From Squalus acanthias (taxonomy: Eukaryota), in contig CM059431.1 of NCBI GenBank assembly GCA_030390025.1, positions 157,296,001-157,360,000 on the forward strand: 64,000 bases of DNA. The letters run 5' to 3'. Below the pieces are notes generated by a model, which saw only the letters and a list, made by a program, of their open reading frames with translations, did not search any database and was not told the origin of the DNA. This document shows positions 49,787 to 63,395 of this stretch, one piece after another; within the stretch, counting starts at the first letter, position 1, and each line of letters starts with the position of its first letter. Both the position numbers and the translations under genes were made by a program.

Positions 49787-52700
49787 ATAAGAAATAGGAG
49801 CAGGAGTAGGCCAATTGGCCCCTCGAGCCTGCTCCGCTATTCAATAAGATCATGGCTGATCTGATCCTAACCGCCAATCTACTATCACAGAACCATCTCC
49901 TGAACCTAACAGAATTGGACACACGCAATAGGAGCAGGATCAGGCTACACGGTCCCTGGGCCCGCTACGCTACCCACAGGGTCATGACCGATCCGAACCT
50001 AGACTCATGTCCAAATTCCTGCCCGATCCCCGTAACCCTTAATACCCTTTACTTCTAGGAAACTGTCTAATCCTGTTTTAAATTTATGTAATGATTTTGC
50101 TTATGCAGCTTTTTGGGGCAGCTTTTTCCTTGGACCTACCACCCTCTGAGTGAAGTAGTTCCTTCTGATCTCAGCCCCTTCTTCTAAGACTATGCCCCCT
50201 AGTTCTAGTTTCACCCATCATCGGGAACATCCTCCACGCATCCACCCGATCCAACCCCTTCACAATCTTATATGATTCAATAAGATCGCCTTTCATTCTT
50301 CTGAACTCCAATGAGTATAGTCCCAATCTACACAACCTCTCCTCATATGTCCATCCCCTCATCCCCGGGATTAACCGAGTGACCCTTCTTTGTACTGACT
50401 CGAGAGCAAGTATACATTTTCTTAAGTATGGACATCAAAACTGTATGCAGTATTCCAGGTGCGGTCTCACCAATACCTTGTACAACTGAAGCAATACCTC
50501 CCTATTTTTATATTCTATCCACCCAGCAATAAAAGCCAACATTCAATTGGCCTTCTTAATCACTAGCTGCACCTGCATACTAACCTTTTGAGTTTCGTGC
50601 AGCAGGACCCCCAGATCCCTTTGTACTTCAGTACTTTCCAGTTTCTTGCCATTAAGATAATAACTTGCTCTTCTATTTGTCCTGCCAAAGTGCATAACCT
50701 CACACTTTCCAGTATTGTATTCCATCTGCCAAATCTCTGCCCACTTACTTAGCCTGTCTATGTCCCCTTGCAGATTTTTTATGCCCTCCTCACTCACTAC
50801 TTTCCCTCCCATCTTAGAATCATCTGCAAAATTTGATATGTTACACTCGGTCCCCTCCTCCAAATCGTTAATATAGATTGTAAAGAGTTGGGGACCCAGC
50901 ACTGACCCCTGCGGAATACCACTAGTTACTGATTGCCAGTCTGAGAACGAACAATTTATCCCAACTCTCTGCCTTCTTTTAGATAGCCAATCCTCTATCC
51001 ATGCCATAATATTACCCCCAATCCCGTGATTTTTTATCTTAAGCAATAATCTTTAGTGTGGCACCTTGTCAAATGCCTTTTGGAAGTCTAAATACACCAC
51101 ATCCACTAGTTCCCCTTTATCCACCCTGTATGTTACTTCCTCAAAGAACTCCAGCAAATTTGTCAAACTTAACTTCCCCTTCATATAACCATGCTGACTT
51201 TGTCCTATTAAATTATGATTATCCAAATGTCCCGTTACTGTCTCCTTAATAATGGACTCCCAAATTTTACCTACCACAGATGATAGGCTAACTGGTCTAT
51301 AGTTTCCAGCATTCTGTCTACTGCCATTTTTAAATAAGGGTGTGACATTAGCAGTTTTCCAGTCTTCCGGTATCTTTGCTGAGTCCAGGGAGTTTTGGAA
51401 AATTATTACCAATGCATCCACAATCCCTACCGCCACTTTCCTCAAAACCCTAGGATGTAAGTCATCAGGTCAAGGTGATTTACCCGCCTTGAGTCCCATT
51501 ATTTTGCCGAGTACCACTTCCTTAGTGATTTTGATCTTGTTTAGCACCTCGCCCCCTATAGCCCCCTGTTTGTCCAGTGTTGGGATATTCTTAGTGTCCT
51601 CTACTGTAAAGACTGATATAAAATATCCATTTAGTGTATTTGCCATCTCCATATTTCCCACCATTAATTTCCCGGACTCATCCTCTAAGGGACCAACATT
51701 TACTTTAGCCACCCTTTTTCTTTTTATATCACGATTAAAACTCTTACTAGCTGTTTTTATATTTTTTGCCAATTTACTTTCATAATCTATCTTCCCTTTC
51801 TTAATCAATCTTTTTGTTATTTTTTGCTGTCTTTTAAAGTTTTCCCAATCCTTTATCCTCCCACTAGATTTGGCTACCTTATAAGCTCTTGTTTTTAGTC
51901 GATTACTATCCTTAATTTCTTTACACTAGACACGGATGACTGTCTTTTCTTTTACACCCTTTTATTCTCAGTGGAATATATATTTTTTGGAAGTTGTAAA
52001 ATTATTCCTTAAATGTACACCACTGATCATGTATCGTCTTACACTTTAATATATTTTCCCAAGCCACTCTGCTTAATTCCTTTTGCATACCTTCAAAGTC
52101 TCCTTTATTCAAGCTTAGCACGCTTGTTTGAGATCCAACCTTCTCACCCTCTCATTGAATATGGAATTCAACCATGTTATGGTCACTCATTCCAAGGGGA
52201 TCGTTTACTGGGACATTTTTAATTAATCCTGTCTTGATACACTGTACCAGATCTAAGGTTGCTTGCCCCCTGGTCGGTTCAGTTACATACTGCTCAAGAA
52301 ACCCATCCCTAATACACTCAATGAACTCATCCTCAAGGCAGCCCTGCCCAATTTGATTTGTCCAATTAATATGATAGTTAAAATTCCCCATAATTAAAGG
52401 TGTTCCCTTATAACAAACCTCAACTATTTCCTGATTGATATTCCGTCCAACAGAGTTGCAACTGTTCGGAGGCCTATAGACTATGCCCACTAGTGTTTTT
52501 TTCCCCTTATTTTTCCTTATATCCATCCAAACTGTTTCATTATCCTGATCTTTTGACCCAATATCATTTCTCTGTATTACAGTGATTCCTTCCTTTATTA
52601 ACATAGCCACCCCACCTCCCCTTCCTTCCTGCCTGTCCTTCCTGATCGTTAAATAACCTGGTATGTTTAATTCACAGGCATTGTCACCCTGCAGCCATGT

Positions 52701-53034
52701 TTCTGTAATGGCCACAAGATCACACCCATATGTAGTTATTTGTGCCATTAACTCGTCTATTTTGTTACGAATGCTGCGTGCATTCAGATAGAGATCTTTC
52801 AAATATGTTTTGTGACACTTAGTTCCTGCTTTTGCCCTTTTTATTACTTTACCTTTTACTCCATACCTTCTGCCCCTTCCTGACACACTCTGGTTTTTAA
52901 TTTCCCTCTGCTACCAAAGGCTATGACCTTCTCTGTTGTCATTTTTATTATTTGCTCTCTAGGAACCTCCCCCCCACTAGTTAGTTTAAAGCCCTCTCTA
53001 CAACCCTCGTTATATTATCCGCCAGGACTCTTGG
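49787..53034 (-). mobile_element. 5'-truncated CR1, same family as 34258-38980, opposite orientation
   Basis: EN and RT ORFs 50171-52886 nearly identical to those of 35770-38595; TAAC target duplication at 49783-49786 and 53035-53038. Confidence 0.96.
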
Positions 53035-53184
53035 TAACGTCAGCTGCAAAGTACTCAGTTAGTAAGTCAGCCATGCCCTCTGTCTGCATGCATAGGTATC
53101 CGTTTTGGTCCATCGTCGGCCCCACCCCTTCTCTTGCTATCTGTTTATTATTTATATGCATACAGAAGACTTTTGGATTCCCTC

Positions 53185-53218
53185 TTAGGGTTAGGGTTAG
53201 GGTTAGGGTTAGGGTTAG
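53185..53218 (+). repeat. Interstitial telomeric repeat (TTAGGG)5 TTAG
   Basis: Read directly from the sequence. Confidence 0.95.
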
Positions 53219-53569
53219 TTGCCAGTCTATTCTCATCCTCTCTCTTTGCGCCTCTCATTTCCTTTTTCTCTTCCACTCTTAAATTTCTGTGCTCAGTAGC
53301 GATGCGGCCCGTTCTTGGCGAAGCTATACGACAGGCGATATTGCATTGATGGCCTATTTTGCACTTCGCCCGAATAAACTTGAATATAACTGAATACCGG
53401 GCGTGCTTTAACACGTTCGGCAAATGCGAATCCGCCTGTTTTGTTTATCCACCCATGTAGAATTTCAACCTCACAGACTTACTTAAATAAGGTCCTCGCC
53501 ATAAATAATGAACTTTATTTCTCTGACAGTAAACACGATTTTTGCATGTTAGATTTGGACACAACATAC

Positions 53570-53762
53570 CTTTTAGGTCATTTTGTACCTCTGTACCACT
53601 GTTCCGTATCTCTGACAATGTCGCTTTCAGCTTGGGATTTGTATCCAGCAGACATATGTTCCAGATTGGTCTTACTGCCCGAGCTCCTTTTTCTACCACG
53701 TTATTGACAATCTGTCGTGAAGCATGGCTTCTGCAGTGTCTTTGAACAAGGGTTCTGTTTCT
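53570..53762 (-). CDS. CARD/death-fold-like exon B (193 nt, phase 0-1)
   Basis: ttttttttag|AGA ... AAA G|GTATGT; open frame RNRTLVQRHCRSHASRQIVNNVVEKGARAVRPIWNICLLDTNPKLKATLSEIRNSGTEVQNDLK. Confidence 0.75.
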
Positions 53763-56700
53763 CTAAAAAAAATTGCAATCACATTGAGCCAAGTAACACA
53801 GTGATCAGTGAAGAAATTCTTTTCACTTTCTCCCTCTCTTTATGATATGAATGAACAGGAAATCTCACAATCGTGTGTTCAGAAGCTTGTTCAAAGTGGA
53901 AAGATTTAAGGAGCTTCATAATGGACAGGATTAGCGAAGGGATTTCAGAGCTTAGGGCCGAGGCAGCTGGAGACACTGCTGCCAATGGTGAGGCGAAGAA
54001 CATCGGGGATGAGCAAATGCGCAGAATTGGATGAGCACAGAGATCACGGAGTTTTGCAGAGACAGAGAGGAGCATCGTTGAGCCATCCAGGAAAACACTA
54101 AATTCTCAGCTAATAAATGCAAAAGGATAAAGTGCTGAATAAAAGGGGGAACATTAAGTTCGCAGGAATAGGATTCTACCAAAATCAAGAATTATTGGTT
54201 GTCAGTAACAGTAATGATTTGGAAAGCTCACAACGTGGTTAAAGAAACTCAAATTGCAGAAATTGAAAAACATAAAAATGTGTGTGAATTTTTTGTAGCT
54301 AGCAGCACGAAAGGTGCTGATAGCGAATCGCTGGCCCACTTTACGCCGCGTTGGAGCTTTCATTCTATTTGCTTCATTGAGCCTTTAACTCATTCCAAGT
54401 ATCACTTTCATTCATCGAAACATTAGCAATAGCTGATCAGTCACTCCTTCATGCTCTATATGAAACACCTAGTTTACATCTGCAAACAGCTCTGTCCTTT
54501 GATTAACAGTTTTTGGAGGAGTTTATGAAATATGATAATTGTCACTAATTCTGACACATGCCACTCATTCGTTTCATACAATATGAACGTTTTCGCTTCT
54601 ATTTTATATTCTCCATGTTTTCTTGATTTGCTTTGCTTAATCAGCCTTACTACCCTATATTTCCTTCAAAATCTCTTTTTTCGGTCATTTTCTATGCACC
54701 TCCAAGCGATTCTCGTTTGTGCTGCACCTCTTTTATTCTCGTGTATTTTGTGTATCTTCTATGGCAATATTCTCCTATTTGGCAGAGTCTTATTGTTTCT
54801 CCGTGGCTTTTTCTGGACATTAACGTGCCAATATATCTGGGCAAGTATTTTAGGTTCGTTAAAATTAGTTTTATTCCTGTAAAATGTATATTGCTTTGAT
54901 TGTCACGTTACCTACTACAGCTTATATGAATCCTAATGATACCATATTTTCCTGGATGCTCCACTTCCCTTAGATCAATTACTACTCCCTCCCCGTTTCT
55001 AGAAATTGAACAAATTCACATTCATTCCTTGTTTTCCTAAAACCGTAGCAATCTAAACAAACTACCGTACAGGGTGCAAATACCATGCCCTTTCTCCCAC
55101 ACTTATGTTACTTCTATCATTTGGATATTTAAAGTCACCAGTCACTCTGTTACTGTTATTGCTGCACTTTCTCAATGTTTCTCTATTTCTCTTCTTCTAT
55201 CCATTCCCCACTATTCGATGCATGATAATAGCTCCTTTATTATTCTGTAACCCCAAACTTATAGATTAATTTTGCGAAGCATTCCTTATATCAGTCCTGA
55301 GTTCCCGTGCTGCAATTGAATCTTTTAATAATACCTTCTCCCTATTTTCTTTGAAATTTGATTCCCCATTAATGTATAATAACATGACACGTTAGCTTCT
55401 AATCCTGTCCTTACCTAAATCAGATAAGCTATTAATGTCTGTACATCATAATTTATAGCATATCCCCAGACAGTCTGTGCATTCAACTAACCAGCTATAT
55501 TCGGACCATTTTGTATATGCATGTGTTAGGTAAAGGTAGGAGTTATTCGGAAAAGCGAGCATCTGGACATATTAGCTGAGTCCAGAGATTGTTTTTATTA
55601 AATGGGTCATTATAACAGTTTTACGTCAGAGGATGATGACTCAGGAGAGGCCAGTATTTGTGACGACACTGAGTAGTGAGCCGAAGAAGGGGCTTGACCT
55701 GAGCTGGCCAGGAATCAAGGCATTATGTTGAATATCCCATAGACTGGATGATTGTTGCGTGTCTTCAATGATACGGGACATAATGCAGATTGTGAGAGTT
55801 CAGAAAATAAGAAAGTGTTTATTTCCATTTAAAGATTGTGGCAGGGAATGCATTAGAAAGGCTGAGAGAGGCAGCCATGCTCTGAAGTGCAAAGGAGCAC
55901 AGAAATCGAAGCAACGATTTAGATACGGTCACTACAAATTTCTAGGGATTCGTGCGACCGGCAATGGATAAAACCAATCAAATGATTCACTGGAAAAACA
56001 GCGCTGCTTTGATAGAGAATGTGCGGAATCTCACGGCCTTTTATTCCGAAAGTTCAGCTTGTATACGTCAGTTAATTTCATCATGTGATATTAGAAGTAT
56101 GTAACTATTACAAGTTTTATCTTTCTCCAGGTTTTCCACCGCGATTATGCTGAGCACGCATGATGGTAGTGCTGCTAGTGGTGTCTTATTACATTATTAA
56201 TTTCGATTCGTCTTGGCTTGGCTCAAGCAATCCTGCAATTTGGGGTAATTGATCGATTGTTAGGACGCCCTCTATGCATCAGCTTTCAGAAACTGGAGTA
56301 AATCCATCAACCTGCAGAAATTCAACCACTGGAATTACCTTAACAGCCGCACGTTTTACAGTGAATTCACAGAGCAGGTTTTAGTCATGTCCTCCAGGAT
56401 CTTGATGGTGGCCGAATCGCCGATCGTAATTCCATTAAATATCAGGGAGAGATGATGTGACTCTCTCTTGCTGGAGATGTTCATTGCCTGGACCTTGAGT
56501 TGCGCGAATGTGACTTGCCACTTATCCGGCCAAACCTGGATGATTTTCAGGTCTAGCTTCATATGGGGATCGGCTTTTTTATAATTGGAGCAAATTGTGA
56601 ATGTATCTGAACTCTATGCAATCATCAGAGACTAGCCCCAATTCTGACCTCATGAGGGATGATCATTGAAGAAGCACTCAACGATAGTTGGGCCTAGTTC

Positions 56701-56964
56701 GCTGCCATGAAGCAAACATAGTTAAACCATGAGATGCTGATCTCTCACTATTTAATTGATTAATTGAAAATTAAAGAACACGTTAAATTACCAGAGATAT
56801 ATCTCAGAGGAGCACTTAAGAAAGTGTTTTCAATGGCATCGGACTGAATTTCAGCGTCACTATTGACTACTGCTTATATCGTTGTGTTGCACGTAATTCA
56901 GTTAATCTAATTCTGACTCATGACTCGTTTAACACTATGAGATTCCATCATATATGTTCCATAC

Positions 56965-57125
56965 CTCATGATCTGTTTCAGTAATCACTTTTACATCTAA
57001 AAACATCTGACTAACAGCCTCCACGAGTTCTTCAATTGAATATTCTGGTCTCTGACGGCAGTACTCGATAATTCTCCGCAGCTTGATATCCATGTTGCTC
57101 TTCAGAATCAGTAAGGTTTTATTAT
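56965..57125 (-). CDS. CARD/death-fold-like exon A (161 nt, phase 1-0)
   Basis: ttcag|AT ... GAG|GTATGG; open frame NKTLLILKSNMDIKLRRIIEYCRQRPEYSIEELVEAVSQMFLDVKVITETDHE. Confidence 0.72.
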
Positions 57126-59890
57126 CTGAATTTAATGTCAAGGTGTAAATGAGAAAAGATTAAAATACTATGCCCGCTATAAAACAATGAATACTCTGGA
57201 CCAATTGATAAAACAAAGCCGTTTATTAAAGCCTTTAAAGCAGTGATACCGCAAGTGGCGCCTCAAAGAGGAGGAATTAGGAATTAATGTTGTCCTTTTC
57301 TGTCATAGTAAGGAAGAACGACCCACTCGTGGCAAAATTCGGAGGCTGGTTAAAGTAAGTAAGAAGTAGAAAGAGGGGGGCCCTTAGAAATGGAGTCAGT
57401 AGGATTCACATCTTTGTCTGGAGAACAGAGCAGAAGAACCGATACACTAGAGACCGCAGCGAGGGAGAAGTGTGTAACAGAGGTGATGTCAAGAAGTCTG
57501 TAGGGATAAGGTGAGTGGGGCCGTAGATTTAGTTGAAGATGAGCAGGACCATTTCACACATGATCAATTTGGGTTAAGAATTGAATGTAAGTCAGTGACC
57601 AAATGGTATACGGAACTGAGGGTGAATTTGAATTGAAGCAATAGAGCTGTGGACAAACTGGAGTTTATTATGGGCTAGGTCCACACGTCGTTTGAGGAAT
57701 CGAGTCTGAATCTCACAAGAGCGTGGATAAAGTACCAGCAAATATTCACATGGAAGTGCATGGCCAGAAATATAACCTATAATTGTTCCAGACGGTGATC
57801 TGAGACTCCAGGTTTGATTTAATGATTTAGATTCAGCAGATGCTGTTGAACAATTAGACATATTCGGGCCTTTCACATGTTTGCCTGAAGAGCTAATAAA
57901 TAACATACAGAGATTAGTAGTATAAAACACTAAGTGCAACTTCATTCGTGCTTCCATTTTCCCTTCTTTATTCCAAGGAAGACTAAATTTTGAAACAGGA
58001 ACTGAGAAATGGAAATATTGTGAAGCCAACAGGCAGTCACACTAAACTTTACAGATATCAATACACCGAGTACAGGAAACAAATCTTTGGGAAAAAAGTT
58101 TTCATTATCAATAGAAACTAATCACACAAAGACAAATACTTTAGCTTAGACATGACTGTAGCTAGTACAGTTCCACAATTAAATCTCCGGTCAACCGTCT
58201 CTGCTCTATGAAGAACACAACCACCTTCTCCAGTCAATCCAAATAACCAAAGTCTCTCATCCCTGGAATCATTGTTGTAAATCTTTTCTGCACTCTCTCT
58301 AAGGCCTTCACATATTTCCTAAAGTGCGGTCCCAGAATTGGACACAATACAGCAGTTGAGGTCGAGGCAGTGTTTAATAAATGTTCATTATAACTTATAT
58401 GCTTTTGTCCTCTATTCCTCTATTTATGAAGCCCGTCTCCCATAAGCTTTTTAAACTCGTTATAAACCTGCCCTGATACCTTCAACGAAATGTGCTCATA
58501 TACCCCCAGGTGTCTCTGATAATGCTGCCCGTTTAGAATTGTACCCTTTATTGTATACTGCCTCTCCTCGTTCCTCCGAACAAAATATATCATTTCGCAC
58601 GTTTCTGCTTTAAATTTATTCTACCACGTTTCCGCCCATTTCACCAGCCTGTCTATGTCCTCTTGAAGTCTATCACTTTTCTTTTCACTTTTACCTATAC
58701 TTCCAAGAATTTTGTGATCTGCAAATTTCGAATTTGTGCACGGTACATCCAAGTTCAAATCATAATTATATATCCAGAAACGCAGTGGTCCTAGTACGGA
58801 TCCAAGGGGAACACCTTCCTCCAGTCCGAAAAACAACCGTTCCCCAATATTATCGGTTTCCTGTCACTGAGCCAATTTAATATGGATGCTGCCACTGTCC
58901 CTTTTATTCGATGGGTTTCAATTTGCTGTCAAGCATATTAAGTGGCACTTTACCAAACGACTTTTGGAAGTCGATGTACATCACGTCAACCGCATTGCCC
59001 TCACCATTCCGCCACAACACCCCACCCCCGCACCCTCTCTGTTACCGCATCAGAAAAATCAATCAATTTCGTTAAACACGATTTGCTTTTGTAAAATCCG
59101 TGTTGACTTTCCTTAATCAATCCACATTTGTCGAAGTGGCTGTTAATTTTGGCAAGATTTATCGTTTCTAAAAGCTTCCCCATTAAACAGTTTAAACTGA
59201 CTGGTTCGTAGTTGCTGGGTTTATCCGTACACCTTCTTTTGAACGAGGGTGTAACATTTGCAATGTTCCAGTCCTCTGGCACCTCCCCATATCTAAGAAT
59301 GATGGGAAGATTATGGCCAGTAACTGCGAAATTTTCAACCTTTCCTCCCTCAGCATCCTGGGATTCATACCATCCGGTCAGCCAGCCTTTCTAGTACCTC
59401 CTCTTTATCAATTTTTATCCCATCCAGTATTGCAACTACCTCCTCTTTCGCTATGACCTTTACAGCATCTTATTCCTTTTTAAAGTCAAATGCAAAGTAC
59501 TCATTTAGTAACTCAGCCATGCCATCTGCCTGCATGTGTAGGTCTCTTTTTTGTTCCCTAGTTGGCCCCACCCCTTCTCTTACTAACAATGTATTATTTA
59601 TATGCATATAGAAAACTTTTGGATTCCCTTATATGTTAGCTGCCAGTCATTTCTCATCCTCTCTCTTTGTCCCTCTTACTTCCTTTTTCATTCCCCTCTT
59701 AAATTTCTATGTTCAGGTGTGATACCGCCCGTTTTCGTGGAAGCTCTACTACAGGCGGTATTGCATCGATCGCCCATGTAGAATTTCATCCTCACAGACT
59801 AATTTAAATAAGATCCTCGCCATAAATAAAGAACTTTTTACTCTAACGGTAAACACGGTCTTTTGCAAGTTATAATTGGACACCACATAC

Positions 59891-60089
59891 CTTCCAGATT
59901 ATTTTCTAACCATTTATTAATTTTCTGTATCTCTGAAAGTATCACTTTCAGCTGGGGTTCGGTGTTCTGCAGTTGAAGAAATATGTTCCAGATTGTTCTT
60001 TCTCCCCGAGCTCCTTTTTCCAGCACGATATCGAAAATGTGTCTGGAAGCGTCGTTTCTGCTCTGACTTTCCGCGAGAGATCTGATTTT
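59891..60089 (-). CDS. CARD/death-fold-like exon B (199 nt, phase 0-1)
   Basis: tttttattttag|AAA ... GAA G|GTATGT; open frame KIRSLAESQSRNDASRHIFDIVLEKGARGERTIWNIFLQLQNTEPQLKVILSEIQKINKWLENNLE. Confidence 0.78.
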
Positions 60090-63000
60090 CTAAAATAAAA
60101 ATTGCAATTCCATTGAGCCAAGTAACACAATAATCAGATAATAAACGTATTTTATCTTTCTCCCTCTCTTTATGAGATGGATGAATAGAACATCTCACAA
60201 TCGGGTCACCAGAAGCTTGGTCAAGGGTTAAGATTAAAGGAGCTTCTTAAAGGACATTATCAGGTAAAAAAAATTCAGAGCTTAGGGCCGAGACAGCTGA
60301 AGGCTCTGCTGCCAATAGTGAGGCGAAGAAAATCGGGGAGGAGCAAATGCCCATAATTGGATGAGCACAGAGATCACGGAGAGTTGCAGAGACAGAGAGG
60401 AACATCGTTGAGCCATCCAGTGAAAAACTAAATTCTCAGCTAATAAATGTAAAAGGAAAACGTGCTGAATAAAAGGTGGGACCTTAATTCTGCAGGAATA
60501 GGATTCGACCAAAATCAAGCATTATTGTTTGTTAGTAACAGTAATACTTTGGAAAGCTCACAACGTGTTTTCAGAAATTCAAATTGCAGAAATTGAAAAA
60601 CATAAAATCTTGTGTGAATTGTTTTGTAGGTCAGTAGTATGAAAGGGGCTGATAGCAAATCGGTGGCTCACTTTACGCCGCATCCGATTTTCATTCTATT
60701 TACTTTAATGAGCCTTGCATTCATTCCAAGTATCACCTTCATTCATCGAAACAGTAGCAAAAGCTTATCAGTCACTTCTTCGTGCTCTATATGAACCATG
60801 TAGTTTGCATCACTACCAGCTCTGTCCTTTGATTAACTGTTTTTTTGAGGAGTTTATGAAATATGATAATTGTCTCTAATTCTGCCACTTGCCACTCATT
60901 CGTTTCATAAATTTTGAATGTTTTCGCCTCTATTTTATATTCTCCATGTTTCCTTGATTTATTTTACTTAATCAGCCCTGCTACCCTAAATTTATTTTAA
61001 AATCTCTTTATTCGGTCATTTCCTATGCACCTCCAAGCAATTCTCGTTTGTGCTGCTCCTCTTTTATTCTCGTGTAATTTTTGTATCTTCTATGGCAATC
61101 TTCTCCTATTTGGCATATTCTTATTGCTTCTCCGCGGCCTTTTCTGACCATTAACGTGACAATATATCTGGGCTAGTATTTTAGTTTCGAAATAATTAGT
61201 TTTATTCCTGTAAAATATATCTTGCTTTCATTGTCCTGTTATCTATTACGATTCATATGAATCCTAATGATATCCTATTTTCCTGGATGTTCCACTACTC
61301 TTAGTTCACCTAAGAGTCCCTCCCCGTTTCTAGAAATTGATCCAATACTGATTCCTTTCTTGATTTCCTAAAGCCATATTAATATAAACAACGAACCGGA
61401 CAGGCTGCAAATACCATGCCGTTTCTCCCACACTTATGTTACTTCTATCCTTTGGATATTTAACGTCGCCAATAACCATGTTACATTTATTGCTGCACTT
61501 TCTCAATGTTTCTCCATTGATCTTCTTCTATCCATTTACCACTATTCGATGCATGATAATAGCTCGTTTATTATTCTGATTCCCCAAACTTTTGGATTAA
61601 TTTGGCGAAGCAATCTTTATATCAGTCATGAGTTCCCGTGCTGCAATTGTCTCTTTTAATAATACCTTCTCCCTTCTAATTCTGTCCTTGTCTAAGCCAG
61701 ATAAACTATTAATGTCTCCATATCATAATTTGTAGCATATCCCCTGACAATCTGTGCCTTCAACTAACCAACTATAATCGGAAAGCTTTGTAAATATATG
61801 TGTTAGGTAAAGGTAGGAGATATTCGGAAAAGCGAACATGTGGACATTATAGATGAGTCCAGAGATTGTTTTTATGTAATGTGTCATCATAGCATTCTTG
61901 TCGTCAGAGAATGATGACTCAGGAGGGGTCAGTATTAATGACGACATTGAGTGGTGAGCCGAAGAATGGGAATGACCTGAGCTGGCCAGGAATCAAGGCG
62001 GTAGGTTGCATATCCCATAGACCGGATGAATTTTGCGAGAGCTCGGTGATACGTGAGATAATGCAGGTTGTGTGAGTTTAGAAATTAAGAAAGTGTTTAG
62101 TTCGATGTAAAAATTGTGGCAGGGAATGTATTATAAAGGCAGAGAGAGGCAGACATGCTGTGAAGTGCAAAGGAGCAGAGAAATCGAAGCAACGATTTAG
62201 AAACGTTCACTACAAGTTTCTCGAGATTCGAGCCACCGGCAATGGATAAAACCAATTAGATGGTTCACTGAATATACAGGGCTCCTTTGATAGAGAATGG
62301 ACGGAAACTCACGGCCTTTAATTCCGACAGCTTAGCATTTAAATGTCAGTTAATTTCTTCATCCAATATTAGAAGTATGTCGCTATTACAAGTTTTATCG
62401 TTCTCTAGGTTTTCCACTGGATCTATGCTGAGAACGCATGATGGTAGTTCTGCTAGTGATGTCTTATTATATAATTAATTTCGATTCAGCTGGGCTTGAC
62501 CCGTACAATCCTGTAATTTGGGGTAATTGATCAATTGCTAGCACGCCCTCTTATCCGCTTTCAGAAACTGGAGTTAATACAACCCCTGCAGAAATGCGGC
62601 CACTGGAATTACTTTAACAGCCGCACGTTTCACAGTGAATTCAAAGAGCTGGTTTTGGACCTGTCCTCCAGGATGTTGCTGGTGGCGGATTCCCCGATGT
62701 TAATTCCATTAAATATCAGGGAGAGATGATGTGACTCTCTGTTGTTGGAGATGGTCATTGCCTGGAACTTGAGTTACAAGAATGTTTCTTGTCACATAAC
62801 CGGCCAAACCTGGATGTTGTCCAGGTGTAGCTTCATATGGGGATGGACGAATTCATTAACGGAGGAATTGCAAATGAAGCTGAACACTGAATCATCAGTG
62901 ACTAGCCCCAATTCTGACCGCATGAGGGATGGCCATTGAAGAAGCAATTAGAGATAGTTGGGTCTCGGACGCTGCCATGAAGCAAACATAGTTAAACCAA

Positions 63001-63234
63001 GAGATGCTTTTCACTCATTATTTAACGCATTAATTGAAGATTAAAGAACAAATTAATTTACCAGAGATATATCTCAGAGGAGCACTTAAAATGCTGTTTT
63101 CATTGGAATCGGACTCAATTTCAGAGTCACTATAGATTACTGCTTATATCGTTGGGTTGCACGGAATACAGTTAATCTAACTCTGACTCATGACTCATTT
63201 AACACCATGAGATTCCACCATATATATTGAATAC

Positions 63235-63395
63235 CTCATGATCTGCTTCAGTAAACACTTTTACATCAAAAAGCGACTGACTAACAGTCTCCACGAATTC
63301 TTGAATTGAATGTTCCAGAATCTGACGGTGGCACTCGATAATTCTCCACAGCTGGAAATCCGTGTAGCTCCTCAGCATCAGTAACGTTTTATTAG
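63235..63395 (-). CDS. CARD/death-fold-like exon A (161 nt, phase 1-0); upstream exons lie beyond the window
   Basis: ttcag|CT ... GAG|GTATTC; open frame NKTLLMLRSYTDFQLWRIIECHRQILEHSIQEFVETVSQSLFDVKVFTEADHE. Confidence 0.72.

Larger units (their letters stand above)
48155..53300 (-). mobile_element. Old CR1 fragment (48155-49786 + 53035-53300) split by a younger CR1; paralog ~58185-59715
   Basis: RT remnants YMYFQKTFDKMP (49105..49341) and, in the uninterrupted paralog, GVPLGSVLGP/KFAD. Confidence 0.85.

Noticed and set aside
53015..53423. LTLTLT, GLGLGL and NPNPNP ORFs
   Set aside because: These are translations of the TTAGGG tract within a CR1 remnant.
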